A stretch of DNA of 63,981 nucleotides from Octopus bimaculoides (Eukaryota): NCBI RefSeq assembly GCF_001194135.2, contig NC_068981.1, forward strand, positions 2,513,145-2,577,125, read 5' to 3'. Each line of letters opens with the position of its first letter. Positions within the stretch are counted from its first letter, which is position 1. Positions 24,136-38,710 of the stretch are shown piece by piece. The notes beneath the pieces were generated by a model. The model was not told where the DNA came from, made no database searches, and was given only the letters and a program-made list of their open reading frames with translations. Made by a program: the position numbers and the translations under genes.

Positions 24136-25142
24136 TGTATGCAGCTATCCATCTATCTATCTATCTCTCACATGCCTCATCATCATCATTTTCAACTTCC
24201 TCCTCATTTAATGTAGTCTCCCATACTGGTATGGGTTGGAAAAGTTCAATACCACATTGCCCCTGTGTCTGCTTTGTCATCGCATCTATGGCTAGTTGCC
24301 CTTCCTAACATCAGCCACCCATAATAACGTGTACTCAGTATACCAGCACTTCTGAAGAACTTGCAAGACTGAGTGGCCCTTATAACCCGAGGGAAAAATA
24401 GAAGAGAGAAGGTGTGATTTGTGATTTGGTGAGGGATCTTGAAAGGGTTGTTGAAGGAAAGGGAGGTGTGGGGTAGGTTAGAAAAGAGTTAAGAGGAGAA
24501 GGGATGTTGAGGAGGCAGAGAAGGTGTTGGGAAAGGGTAGTGAGAGAAAATAAGGCAGTGGGTGGGGGTGGGGGCAGTGGTAAGTATAGTGAGAGAGAGA
24601 GAGTGGCTAGGAGTTACCATAGATATAGGGGGAAGAGGAAGAGTAGGGTGTGAATGCTGTTAGAGAGCATTCCAGATGGAGAAGCAGTGGAGAGTAAATG
24701 GTGTGTGTGTGTGTGAGAGAGAGAGAGGGGGGAGAGGGGGGTAGTGGAGGAATAGTAGTATGGGCCCTGGGAACAGTGAATAGTGGATGCAGTGGTAAAG
24801 ATTGACCTCAAGATGTTGAATCTCTCAGAGCAGATGATGGGGGGAACTGTGAAGAATGGCAATATGCTATGCTTGAGAAGACCTGTCCATCTTAGCAAAA
24901 CTGAGATTCTGTCAAGCCTTAAGCCATCCAGCACAACCCATCTTTTAATAGCCATTCTTTCATCGGTCTTCTGCAGTACCATATTTCTTTTCTTCACTTC
25001 ACCTCTCCTGGTCCAACTCATTCCCTTATCTCTAATCTCTTGTCATACAGCACACTCACCTACCCATCTACCTTTCTGTTTGCCCCCTATTCTGTCTTTC
25101 ATATTCATCTTGTACCTCAACCCTCCTTTCTCTTTCTCTCAT

Positions 25143-25181
<39 letters not shown>

Positions 25182-26259
25182 NNNNNNNNNNNNNNNNNNN
25201 NNNNNNNNNNNNNNNNNNNNNNNNNNNNNNNNNNNNNNNNNNNNNNNNNNNNNNNNNNNNNNNNNNNNNNNNNNNNNNNNNNNNNNNNNNNNNNNNNNNN
25301 NNNNNNNNNNNNNNNNNNNNNNNNNNNNNNNNNNNNNNNNNNNNNNNNNNNNNNNNNNNNNNNNNNNNNNNNNNNNNNNNNNNNNNNNNNNNNNNNNNNN
25401 NNNNNNNNNNNNNNNNNNNNNNNNNNNNNNNNNNNNNNNNNNNNNNNNNNNNNNNNNNNNNNNNNNNNNNNNNNNNNNNNNNNNNNNNNNNNNNNNNNNN
25501 NNNNNNNNNNNNNNNNNNNNNNNNNNNNNNNNNNNNNNNNNNNNNNNNNNNNNNNNNNNNNNNNNNNNNNNNNNNNNNNNNNNNNNNNNNNNNNNNNNNN
25601 NNNNNNNNNNNNNNNNNNNNNNNNNNNNNNNNNNNNNNNNNNNNNNNNNNNNNNNNNNNNNNNNNNNNNNNNNNNNNNNNNNNNNNNNNNNNNNNNNNNN
25701 NNNNNNNNNNNNNNNNNNNNNNNNNNNNNNNNNNNNNNNNNNNNNNNNNNNNNNNNNNNNNNNNNNNNNNNNNNNNNNNNNNNNNNNNNNNNNNNNNNNN
25801 NNNNNNNNNNNNNNNNNNNNNNNNNNNNNNNNNNNNNNNNNNNNNNNNNNNNNNNNNNNNNNNNNNNNNNNNNNNNNNNNNNNNNNNNNNNNNNNNNNNN
25901 NNNNNNNNNNNNNNNNNNNNNNNNNNNNNNNNNNNNNNNNNNNNNNNNNNNNNNNNNNNNNNNNNNNNNNNNNNNNNNNNNNNNNNNNNNNNNNNNNNNN
26001 NNNNNNNNNNNNNNNNNNNNNNNNNNNNNNNNNNNNNNNCCTGTATTATCTATATCCTCTGTTAATACATGTTCGTTTATTTTTATGTTTTTTGTTTTTA
26101 TTTATTTATTTATTCATGTGTTTATACCTACTTTTTTTTTCTTTTGTATTTAATTTAATTTTGTTAACGTATGTAGTATTTAATTCCATTTGTTTATCTA
26201 TGTATTGTATTATATTTTGTTCATATTGTTATTGGTTTATGGGGAATGTATTGTCATAT

Positions 26260-26380
26260 GTTGTGGCTTGTGGTTTGTTAGGGGTGTGTGTTAGTGTTCC
26301 ATTCCAGTTTCCTATTCAGGCTAGGTTTATCTTCTATTATGTGTGTAGCTTCTGTAATTTGTCTAAGTGCTGCATCTGTG
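26260..26380 (-). mobile_element. Penelope-like GIY-YIG C-terminal fragment
   Basis: TDAALRQITEATHIIEDKPSLNRK, resembling R.I.EA..I....P.LNR. Confidence 0.6.
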
Positions 26381-26670
26381 CTATATATATATAAACAAGC
26401 CCTATAGTCACCTCTTCAGCAAGACACTGGCTCCTCTCCCTCTATCATACTTTCTTATCCCTCAATACTTTACCCAACACAGTTGTGGGATCTTGTGTTG
26501 TGAGTACTTGGTGACCTCACCAATGCTGGTGCCACAAAAGGTAAAAAGAACACCCAGTACACACTGTGAAGTGGTTGGTATTAGAAAGGACAACCAGCAC
26601 TTGAAACCATGCCAAAGCAGACACTGAAACTTAATGCAACCCTCTGGGAAAAGGGACATTAAATGAGGTC

Positions 26671-26904
26671 CACAGATTGGATGCTAAATGCACTTTGCCA
26701 AAGGACAAGAAGCTGAACAGACCAAATGCCTTAAAAGACATATGAAAATCAGAATTTAATTTTGTTAAATCTCAAGTGCCAAATTGGTGAATTGGTCATT
26801 AAACTCTGTAGGCAGGAATGTTTTTTTTCATTACTGTGTCCATTCGGCATCTTGGCTTTGGTTTCTTGTCCTTCGGCAAAAGTGCATTTAGCATCCTGTC
26901 TGTG
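26671..26904. mobile_element. MITE with roughly 40-bp terminal inverted repeats
   Basis: cacagattggatgctaaatgcactttgccaaaggacaagaa ... ttcttgtccttcggcaaaagtgcatttagcatcctgtctgtg. Confidence 0.8.
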
Positions 26905-28275
26905 CATGGTTAAATAATGATGTTGATGATAATGATGTATATATATGTTGTGTATGTGTGTGTGTGTGTGCGTGTGTGTATACAAATGCATACATATAAA
27001 TATATATATATATATGTAAAAGATTTGTCATCGAAATAAAAATGAGCTCCTCATGGCATGTCATTTGTGCCTATGCTCCTCTCCCCTCACAACTCATATT
27101 CCTATCACCCCCTTCCCTCCATCCACCCATGTTCACCACTCACTGCATTCCCATCCCCCGCTCTCTCTCACCCTCCTTTCACACTCTTGCAAGTTTACCT
27201 GGGTTCAATCTGGCCCTGACAAGTCTCTCTCCCCAACAATTCATCTTCCTAACCCTAACCCCTCAATTTGCCTTCACTCACTGCATCCCCCTCTGCACCA
27301 TCTCCCACTCTCATTTCATTCTCTTGTGAACTTACCTGCCCACTCACCCTACCCAATCCTCTGTATACTTCACCTATATCCTCCTCTTTGTAACTATCTC
27401 TCTCTCTCTCTTTTCTCTCTCTTTTTCCAACTGAGGCAGTCATGCATCTCTTCTACTGCAAGGCTCTTTCTATCCCTCTATCATGCTCCTCTCATCATCT
27501 GGCACAATGCCAACTCCCTCGATACTACTTCACCCTCTGTTGAAGGGTTTTCTCTTGCAGGCTATCCAGTAACCTCGTTGGTGATGGTGCTGTGTAAAAA
27601 GCACCCAGTACACTCTGTAGAGTGGTTGGTATTAGGAAGGGCATCCAGCCATAGAAACCATACCAGAGCAGGTAGTCAAGCTTGATATACAAATCTGGCT
27701 TATCAGATCCTGTCAAACTGTCCAACTTGTGACAGCATGGAAGAAGGACAGTAAATGATGATGGTATTCATTCATTCATACATACATACATACATACATA
27801 AATACATACATACAGAGGTGCAGGAGTGGCTGTGTGGTAAGTAGCTTGCTTACCAACCACATGGTTCTGGGTTCAGTCCCACTGCATGGCACCTTGGGCA
27901 AGTGTCTTCTACTATAGCCTCGGGCAAAGGCAAAGACATACATACATACATACATACATACAAACAAACAAACAAAAATACTGTTGTTGATATTGAAATT
28001 CCATTGAAGTAGCCTTGGATCTAGGTTAGAAACCGACTCTTTATTGGCAAGAAATCTTGAAATATAACTGAATAATGATATACATACACTTTTATACATA
28101 CATATACACATGCATTTTTTACAGTCATACATATACACATATCTATTCGTATCTGCATAAATAAAATCATATGTATGTATGTATGTATGTATTTCTTTGC
28201 CTTTCCTTTCCCCTTTCATCTTTTCAGATTTTTTTGTTTCATCATAATTATTTTTTTCTTTCATAAGCCGCTCAC

Positions 28276-28345
28276 TTAGCTCTCAGGCACCATAAAAGTC
28301 TGTCTTCTTTGTATACAATAATTTGTCCTTCAGTCAAGTTTTATA
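28276..28345 (-). promoter_or_regulatory. Candidate TATA box and non-coding first exon of gene A
   Basis: Minus-strand TATAAAA at 28345-28339; donor TAA|gtgagc about 70 nt downstream. Confidence 0.3.
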
Positions 28346-29526
28346 CTGTGTGAACAGCGAGGACACGCGCAATAATCAACACAGTAACGCAATTAGAAAT
28401 AGCGTTACAAGATTACAAAAAAAAAACAGCTACAGATGAAAACCATAACAAAAAACAAAAGCTGGTCAACCGGCACGATTTATGTCACTACTACCACATC
28501 ACACACACACACATCTATTATATGTTATATAACATATATACATGCATGCAAACATACATACATATAGAGGCTTAGTCAGGTTCTAAAGTTAGGTGGAGCA
28601 AGCTCATAAAAAATGCTCTAACACATATCAAACAATTTTTAATTCGTTTTTCTTATATTAAGTGAAATATTTCATTAGTTAGAATATACGTAACTATATT
28701 CTATATTCATTAATTTCTTTTTCAGTAACAATGGCCTTTGTATTAAACTTACAATTACTGATGATGTAGGTAACAAAAAGAGTTAAAAGAAATTTGATAA
28801 AAAGGCGGCAATTTTGAAAAATGTGTTTGGGGGAAGCAGTTGCTCCCCTGTATGTATGTACATAAGCCTCTACGGCAATGGAAAGACAATTTAAGTGATT
28901 TGGGTCAAGATAGAAAAGAATGGAGCAATTAAGACAGAATTGGAAGCACATTCTGACCAGAGGTGTACAATAGCATTTGCCGGCCTTCTCGATACTTTGA
29001 CACACACACACGCATGCAGTATTTAACTATGAGCTACTAATAGTCTCATACTGTGGAATCATAATAATTTGGAAGATTTATCTATCGTCTTGTGACTCCA
29101 AGTAATCTTTCAGAATACAGAACATGGCTGCTCTATGACAAAACACAAGAAAAAGCGAGAGAAAGGTGAAGGCAAAAGGTGGAATTATTGATTCCACAGG
29201 ATGAAACTTTTAGGAGCTCATATTTAAATACTAACTATGTATATCCAGTGATATGTATCTCTCACTTGACGGATTACATTTCTTGTTGATCTATTATTAA
29301 CGGAATAGTAAACTTTGTGTGTGTGTGTGTGTGTGTGCATGCGTGCCTGTCAGTTACTGCCTTGAAGACATTTATATTCCATTCAAAAATACGCAGTGGA
29401 ACCCTGGCAGTAACCTGATTGCAATTAGCATAACGAAAAGTTTCTCACTAAATAATAACGTTTGAGTGAAGTTAACAGTCTTTGCGTAGTTTTGAGTGGT
29501 CAATATGTCTTCCAAACTGTAATTGT

Positions 29527-29567
<41 letters not shown>

Positions 29568-30021
29568 NNNNNNNNNNNNNNNNNNNNNNNNNNNNNNNNN
29601 NNNNNNNNNNNNNNNNNNNNNNNNNNNNNNNNNNNNNNNNNNNNNNNNNNNNNNNNNNNNNNNNNNNNNNNNNNNNNNNNNNNNNNNNNNNNNNNNNNNN
29701 NNNNNNNNNNNNNNNNNNNNNNNNNNNNNNNNNNNNNNNNNNNNNNNNNNNNNNNNNNNNNNNNNNNNNNNNNNNNNNNNNNNNNNNNNNNNNNNNNNNN
29801 NNNNNNNNNNNNNNNNNNNNNNNNNNNNNNNNNNNNNNNNNNNNNNNNNNNNNNNNNNNNNNNNNNNNNNNNNNNNNNNNNNNNNNNNNNNNNNNNNNNN
29901 NNNNNNNNNNNNNNNNNNNNNNNNNNNNNNNNNNNNNNNNNNNNNNNNNNNNNNNNNNNNNNNNNNNNNNNNNNNNNNNNNNNNNNNNNNNNNNNNNNNN
30001 NNNNNNNNNNNNNNNNNNNNN

Positions 30022-30054
<33 letters not shown>

Positions 30055-30059
30055 TCCCC

Positions 30060-30335
30060 TCTACTATTCCCCCCTCTGCAATCTTTTTAACATCAGGCAA
30101 ACCAGTAACTGACTGTGGTTGATAGGTTCACGAAGCACCTCAGAGACATTCGACTTGGCAACAAGTCTCCTGTCTCTCGACATTTCCGCTCTGCCGACCA
30201 TTCTGCGCAAGATCTCACATCTATGGCGTGGTCGCCACTCCTGCCTCATCCACTACTCATATCCAGGAGGAACAAGAGCTCATTTTCTCTTTCCAAACCT
30301 ATAGTCCTTTCAATTTCAACTCCTGCACAATTCCT
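30060..30335 (+). mobile_element. Penelope-like GIY-YIG fragment
   Basis: DRFTKHLRDIRLGNKSPVSRHFRSADHSAQDL; in another frame EQELIFSFQT; preceded by a degenerate C..C..YIGQT-like stretch. Confidence 0.75.
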
Positions 30336-31121
30336 CTGACCTTCTTTCTACCTTGTCGCTTTACTCGTCCTTCCCTCTAACACACCACTCCACGCAACCC
30401 ACTTATGCTCGTACCATCCCCATCACTCCATCCACCACATACTTACCACTTGCCCTCAATAAACCAATGCCGTTTCCACGAACACACAATCACCGCCACC
30501 ATACACATCTTCAGAACTCTCACACACTCGCAAACACACATCCCATCTCCACCTTCTTTTCCCCTTAACACCCCCCACTTACACCAGCACACCAACACAC
30601 ATTCTCTTACACTCTCTTGCTAACTAAGACGTACACACCTACTCTCAGCCCACGTATACCCCTCACACACATACACAAATAAACTCACACTTTTATTCTA
30701 CACACACATATAAACATACTTGTTCAAGAACACACACCTTCATACGCTCCCACATATGTTTCTTCACTCACGTAACCTCCTCTCACCCATCATTCCTATC
30801 TTGCTTTTTGACTGTTCTTAACACTTTCATCTCTGGTTTGACTATTGCTCCCAACATCAGTCAATCCTTGCCACTGACCCTTCCAGCCCTCTTACACACG
30901 CACCCGCTTAGCTTGACTACCACTTCTCTCATTAACACACACACACACACACACACACCAATACACATACGCACACACATTCTTCACTCTCCTCATTATT
31001 TATCCTTGCTCTCCTCTCCATCCGGCTTCCTCCTTCACCACGCAATGTTTCAGGATTTTCTCCTCTGTATGTTTTACTTCTGGCATTTACCACTGGATTT
31101 CACCATTTCATCATCTTAAAT

Positions 31122-31313
31122 CAGGGGTCCCCAAACTTTTTAGACTGTCGACCCCTTCATGAAATCCTTGACCCCCATCATCGATCCCCAGGCATATGCA
31201 AGAAAATAAATAAATAATAATTAAGTAGATGTGCAGTTTCCAGGCATTTATTGACCCCTTGAATAGTCATACCGACCCTTAGGGATCGATATCAACCACT
31301 TTAGTGGCCCCAG
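31122..31313. mobile_element. hAT-type MITE
   Basis: Left terminus CAGGGGTCCCCAAACT, degenerate right terminus, 8-bp TSD tcttaaat/tcttagat. Confidence 0.7.
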
Positions 31314-32769
31314 TCTTAGATCTCTCTCCTACTGTATAACAAAACTATTTTTGAAAAATCCTTTTTAAAAGCCACATTTTTTTTCTTCATTTTATTTGCC
31401 TGCAAGTGCTGCCATGTGCTATGACTTTACTTCCAACACTTTGCACCTAATCTTGCATCCCTTAAAAACTCCTAGCTAGTTTTTCTAAATGTAGCAGTTA
31501 CTTCTCATATCACAAATACCAGCTTTTGTTCATGGTATCACTCACCTTTATGAAAATGGTTGTTTGCATGATAATACTCAAAGCAATCAAGTTCTAACAA
31601 TATTTCTGAGGAACAAGCATCATGGTATTATTTTCCTGCTCTGAGAAACCCACTCATATCAGAAATAAAGGGGTCTTCAAATATAGAGGGGCAGCTGAAG
31701 CACATTTAGCTTCTGAGGAAAGACAATGCCTTGGAACTTCCGCTTTGAAGAAGAACCTTATAATCAGTTGCAGACTGGGTCTAAAAATATTGGTTGCCAG
31801 GAGACTAAGGGAGTGCACCTGCAACTACAATGCTCATCATCATCATCATCATCGTTTAACGTCCGCTTTCCATGCTAGCATGGGTTGGACGATTTGACTG
31901 AGGACTGGTGAAACCGGATGGCAACACCAGGCTCCAATCTAAATTTGGCAGAGTTTTTACAGCTGGATGCCCTTCCTAACGCCAACCACTCAGAGAGTGT
32001 AGTGGGTGCTTTTATGTGTCACCCGCACGAAGGTCACTTTTCAACTGTCTACAAAAACAGCCAAGCTGAAATAATTAATGCATTCTTCCAGGAGTGAATA
32101 AAAAATTCTCAAACTTGAGGGGATAGACCCCTTGGGGCCCCATATATAGATTCTAATGGCACAGGGGCCCACTTTCCATCAGGCAAGCTGGCAACCTGGC
32201 CAGTCCACCACTGCTCATAATTAGTCTATTGCACCTCAGCCTGTTGGCGGAGCAGTATTTGGTTTGACATACAAGTTGTGTGTAATTGTATTTTATGCCT
32301 CAGTGATCACAATTTCACACTATGATACAGTCTACCATGTGCGACAGATTGGACTTTTGCCAAGAAGTCATGTTATTACCTCAGCAATAGAAACTGGTGT
32401 TAAGAAAGATGAAGTCTCACAGGAGAGAGACAATAAAAAGAAAACATTGGCATTTATTTTTCAAACTGAACCATATGAAACAACCATGTTACATTGAAGT
32501 CAGCCATTGAAAGCAATCCTACACAAGTAGAACTAACGATTGTTTCATATAAGCCATCCTATATATATTTAATGCTGTTAAATATAGGGCATAAGTATTC
32601 ATCTAATGTGTTTTTGCTATCCTTTCATAACACTTTCTTATGCGACCGCGCATGTGTACGTGCGTGTGTTGTATTCTGTAATTCCCAAGTATTTGTAAGT
32701 GTAATAATTCTTATATCTATTTCTTTATCTAAAATGTTTTTAGTGTTCTTAATAAATTTCCTCCCATCA

Positions 32770-34600
32770 TCTTCATGCGTCTTTCTTATCTGAATTACAT
32801 AATTTCTCTGGTGATTCTATGTACCCTTTGCAGCAGTGTTTCTACCTGTTTATCAGCTGCAGTCGATAAACAACTTGAAGTTGTCTACATACAAAAGATG
32901 GTTGATTGTCCTTTCATTCATATCCATCTCCATTATGACTTGACATGTTGGATAAATGCGTTAACATCAAAAAAGGAATGGGGAAAACAAATCACCACGT
33001 GATATTTGTCTTTTAATAGAAACAGGATTAGTCTTTATAATTTTCTCCTAAATTTGTTCCTGCAGAATTGGCTGCCATTTATTCAGGATGTATTTAATGC
33101 ATCTGCTTATTATTGCTGCTGCCGTACTTATAGTTAAAACTTGCAGTAATTGCTTTTATGGAACATCATTAAAGCCTTCGGGTTTTCAATCCAAGCCATG
33201 CTTAAACCTTTCTTCCTCCTTATACAATCTGCCATTATGGCGTTGCTGACTTGTAATTGATATTTACAACGATATGAGTCTTAGCAGCATTCTTTCTGTT
33301 TTTCTGAAAGTAAGCAAGTTTCCCAGACATAAAATAATCTTCTGTGATATTATTACACTTAGGACATAAGTTATGGGAAAGCAGATTAAGGGTACACGCA
33401 GCTTTTAAAGTTTGCTGTTTATCTATACTTGACGCCTTTCTCTTTACCGAGTCGTTCTGGTGTCATTTCCAGTTCATTCAACATGTGTGTTTGTTAAATA
33501 TTTCAATCTGAATTTCCATTTCCTGAAGTCTTCCTGTTTCTTGTTTGCTTTTCTTTTAACATATGAGTTACTTCTTGATTTGACACGGCCTTCCACAATT
33601 GAAGAGGTGCTTTCTGGACAAGCATGCCGATGGTGATTCTCTTAATGTCCATACTCCCATTCAGAATTTTTTCTACTTTCCTCGCTGTTGATATCGCATT
33701 GATTTATATTTTGATACCATATTTTTGATATATTGACTTTAATAAAATTGATTTAGTTAGAGTCACTTCTCGTGATGACATTTTTTTGTGTTTTAGTATG
33801 TCTTGTTTTAAGCATTCTTTGATTTCAGCTACTTTTATTGTTATGTTATATTTCAAACATATTCGTAACAATTTTTTTTTTCATTTCTATCTCTTCATTA
33901 TTGATTTCATAAAGAATTGAGACATCTTTATTTCCCATCTCTATTTGAATGTTTGCTTTTTACATTGGCTCAGATTTTGACAGTAGATGTTGCATATATC
34001 ATTTCGTTTATCTTGGTGATATTGATGCTCGTGTTTGTTTTCATTAAGTGTGCGATGACTAGGCTTCTTGTTATTGTGTCATTAAGTTTCATCTTTGAGA
34101 GATACTTCATTGGAAGATCTAACGATTCTATTTCATTAACTATTTCCACCTTAGGATTATTACCATATTCATAATTTCCTTCTTTAGAATTCCATATTCT
34201 TCAATTTTTTCCATATTCCCTTTTATTCTTATTTCTGCTTGTGTTGTATTGATTTAGTTTTTGTTGGTTAGTATTCTGTAAATATACTAGAGTTTTATTT
34301 GATTTTATTATTTAATTTGTTTCACTCATGGTAAATATCTTCAATGTTTTTATCCTCGTAGATTATTTTTGCTTATTTGTGTTTTTGTTATGTATCCTTT
34401 GTTTTAAATTTTATATTTCCAAGTTTGTTGCCATTTTTTGTTTTGAGAATGTATCTTGTTAAATTAATTATTCAGTTGGGATACAAAGTTACCTTGCGAT
34501 TGGGATCATCTTCTCTCCAAATTTTAGACGAAAATATTGTTCAGTTTGTAGACCCTTGTATTTTGACAGCATCCCTACCCACTTCCATGCAATGTTTTGG
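32770..34600 (-). mobile_element. Degraded R4/Dong-clade retrotransposon (N-terminus to RT core)
   Basis: Across frameshifts: INEMIYAT, VEKF*MGVW, a QKGC-like segment then SNAIMADCIRRKKGLSMAWIENPKAL, and INHLLYVDNFKLF (decayed YMDD). Confidence 0.75.
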
Positions 34601-36438
34601 TCAGAAATAATGAAAATGTTTGTCAGAGAGCAAGAATTTTCATTCCAAGCTTTAATCAAAACTGGATGATTTGTTTTTGTAATCTTATAAGCATTTCATT
34701 TATTGTTTAGTCAGGAGAGATGGTCATACACTTGACCCCCCACAGAAGGGGGTGAAGGGAGAGAGAGAGAGAGGTATCCTCTCTTCAAGCTAGAGACCTT
34801 GTCTGAATGCTTGTAACATAGGGAACTTCACTAAAAGCACAGAAGGCACCAGGTGGTAGTATTAAACCTGTCGATGGATTTAATTCTACCATGCAAATTA
34901 TGACAGGATTGAAATCAGAATGCAAAGAGCCGGGAAAAATGCCACAAAGTTGCTGGTCTGACCTTCTTAAATTTCCACCAATTCATCGCCCTGGATAGGG
35001 ATATTTTTATCAACCCAGAAAAGCTGAAAAGTTAATCTGGGCTGGATCTGTATTCAACGTGCAGAGAGTTGGAACAAATATGGTGGTGTATTCATTCCAC
35101 TGACTCTAACAACTCCACCATTTAGCTGTCATATAAACTGTAGCAAGACACGAAACCTAGTCGTAAAATTGCCAAGTTAAAATCATGGGATGGCAACAGC
35201 TTGTTCATGTGAGCGGTTAAGTTATGGACTCACCAGCAGTCAGATATCAGGTGATAGATCATTCTAGGAGCTTCCAGGATAGTATCCTAACAGGCCTATA
35301 TGTAAGCATGCTTTTGAGCACCAATGCTTAGGGTGTGGCAGCCTGCAGCTCAGCTCCACATACTCTTGCTGTTTTTAACAGTCGTTATCATAACTCTTAC
35401 TCTTGATGTCCTGTTATAGTTTACAGAAGCGAATCCTATATTTTCTTCTGTCTTAGCAAGCTTAATTACACAGCCTTTACAATCAACTAATTTGTAAAAG
35501 CTAAAGAATAATTCTTTCTCATGTGCCAACTTTGTTGTTGCTATTTCTAATTCATGACCAGCATGGAAATTACTTGTGCAGTGAAATGAATGTTGCTAAT
35601 TCATCATGAGTGTCATGCATTCATTATACGCAGCCAGATTGCAACTTGACAACCATCATCTGTTATCCTTCATCTTTTTGTCAATCACGGCAAACCAACG
35701 ACACAACATATCCATGATAAAACCATGATGGGATTTGAACCCTGAATGCAAAGGGCTAGGAAAAATACCATACCACAAAATATCCTAACAATTCCACCAC
35801 TCCACCACCATCTTGGATTTGGTATTTTTTATTGACTTTGTAATGATATAAGGTGTGTAGTTTTCTTCACACAGCCATAAATAACATCTGCACAATCACA
35901 TACACTAACAACCAATTTCTCACGCCAGTGTCTTTCCTAATGAATCTATTACCCTAGCTATATGAGATTAATCAAAATGAGTGTCGGCCTACATAATCAG
36001 CTATTGTTTCAAAAATGTTCGTGTGAAGGACATAAATGAATGTACGGATATGTGTATGTGTGTGTGTATATATATATATATATATACACACACACATATA
36101 TATGTATATATACACATATATATATATATATATATATATANNNNNNNNNNATATATATATATATATATATATTTGTCTATATATACCAATATATATATAT
36201 ATATATATACCTATACATATGTATAATAAAACCTATACGGCTGTATATATACATGTATGTATATATACATGTATGTATATGTATGTATTTTGAAATGTAA
36301 GTTATAACACTTTTTCAAAATAACACTTTTTAAAAAATAAACATACAGATGTGAAAACCTGTCTTCCTACATACCTGTCTATGTATCTTTTTTACATGCC
36401 CGCCTACAGACATAGAAACATTCCAACCAACCAATCTA

Positions 36439-36472
<34 letters not shown>

Positions 36473-36592
36473 CGTGTCTCTGTCTGTCTGCCTCCTCCAC
36501 TCTCTCTCTATCCATCTGCCTAGTTTCCTACATGTCCAGCTATCAAACAAATGTTAGTTTCTAACACACAGATGCACACACATGCACGCACG

Positions 36593-36653
<61 letters not shown>

Positions 36654-36826
36654 TACTGAATTTATTGAAATTATCTTCTCTGCGAGAGAAGATCAAAACA
36701 AGTGCTTTATGGTAATTACAATCCACTCCAAACAAGAATGGGAAATAACCCCAAGAATCAAGAATTCTCCAAAATCGACATATCATAATAGAAAATACAG
36801 TGTGGGTTGTCTGTAGACAGGGGGAC

Positions 36827-36871
36827 AGCTGTGGACACATGTTTCTGATCCGATGAACGTCATCAGCCCAG
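36827..36871 (-). ncRNA. Minimal type-I hammerhead-like motif (degenerate stem II)
   Basis: GCTGGG CTGATGA cgttcatcggatca GAAAC ATGT GTC CACAGC. Confidence 0.5.
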
Positions 36872-37375
36872 CAGTTGTCCTACGTTGACTCCAGAAGATG
36901 TGAGATTTAGACAAACACAAAAAGAGTAGAAATTATTTATGGCTTAGGATATTTTGCAAAATTTAAACAAAACAGAGCTAAGATGGGATAAAGGCATGAA
37001 TATGGACAATAAATGCGAATAAAGATATATTAAATACTCCTTCAGAAAAACCAAGAGGGCTGCAATTTTAGGTAAAGTGTGGAAGAATGTATTTACACAA
37101 ATATATTTTACCTTAAACTGTGCTTATTCATTTACATGACTAGCTGTGTTTCTTTCAGTCTTGAAATCAACAGCGTACTCTCTAATGATTTTGGAAAATG
37201 AAAGACATGTAACTGGTCTTCATACTCTTAATCGAATGAATCAACCCCAGTATTGTGACACAGTATTGTGACACAATAACCTGGTACTTATTGTGTCACT
37301 CTGTTTTGCTGAACTGCTAAGTTAGGAGATGTAAACACACTAACATCGGTTGTCAAACGGTGGTGGGGGCCAAAC

Positions 37376-37406
<31 letters not shown>

Positions 37407-38540
37407 AACACGCACACAAACACGCACACAAACACACGCACACAGGATGGGCTTCTTTCAGTTTCCGCCTACCAAATCCACTTGCAAGGCTTTGGTCGAC
37501 CAGAGAATATAGTAGAAAACACTTGCCCATTGGGACTGAACCCGGAACCATGAGGTTAGGACGCTGTATATTTATATAGTAGATACTAAATATGTTGATT
37601 AAAGACAATCGATTATATTAATTAAAGGCTGGTCTCAGCTTGGAGCTATGAGTGAAAATGGGTAGATGAAAGCTATAGCAGTTTCATCGAATGGCTTATA
37701 CCAGTGATTGAAAAAATCCAGCTTTGTTATACTGTATCTTGGTGATACTGCCTGGGAATTACATTAAGGGTACAAATGTGTGTGGTGTACTCAGCCACTT
37801 AGGCAAGAATTCAATGAATATTTAGTTCCATTGATTGGACAAAAATATTATACAAGGTCAAAATCGACGAAGGATCCACTTAGATTTTTAATGAATGAAA
37901 ATATTGTTTACGAAATCAAAGACAAAGCAATTAATTATAAATTATATTTGTGAGTTGTCAGAGGAAGTAATAACTTTCATTGATTAAACTCGTCAATCAA
38001 GTAATATTTACAACAGGGTACAAAAAAAAAGGGTGGAAAATCCAGGTCGTTTCTGTAATAAACCGAATTCCTAGATGGATGTGTCTGATGGTGTGTAAAA
38101 CATCAGGATCAATAATGCCATAACACCAGGTATAATGTAGGAGACCGGGACACCTAACTTCAGCAAACCAGCAATGTGTGTGTGTGTGTGTGATACACAC
38201 ACATACATATATAATTCCATTTTTAGGAGTGGAACTTGAAATAGACAAAGCTATAGATAACAGTTTGTAAATATTGGGTGAAGAACCCTTTAGGATTGAA
38301 AAGTTGAAGACTGCTTGTTGAATATGAACCCACATTTTCTGTAAAATTGGATCAAAGCAATCCTTGGAAATTTCCTGACAATTTCAAGAATTTAGAAACT
38401 TGAAGTAAATGAAATTTTATGTTTACCTGCTGCATGACAAGATTGTCTTAAAACAATTGAAACCAGTAATATATTTTGATAAAAATGCAAATATTTTCCT
38501 CCCATCATTCATAAAATTCTCAAAGAATTTTCTTATCTTG

Positions 38541-38602
<62 letters not shown>

Positions 38603-38627
38603 ATCTATCTCAACAGACTTTTTTTAC

Positions 38628-38710
38628 TGCTCTGATGGAATTTTGCCCAATAAAATGTTTTAATTACTGGAATTTAATTCTTTTGGGCAAAAGCGAAACA
38701 GCTGTAAGAG
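38628..38710 (+). ncRNA. Degenerate type-I hammerhead-like motif
   Basis: gct CTGATGG aa TTTTGCCCAA..TTGGGCAAAA gc GAAAC AGCT GTA AGAG; perfect 10-bp stem II, one core substitution. Confidence 0.5.
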
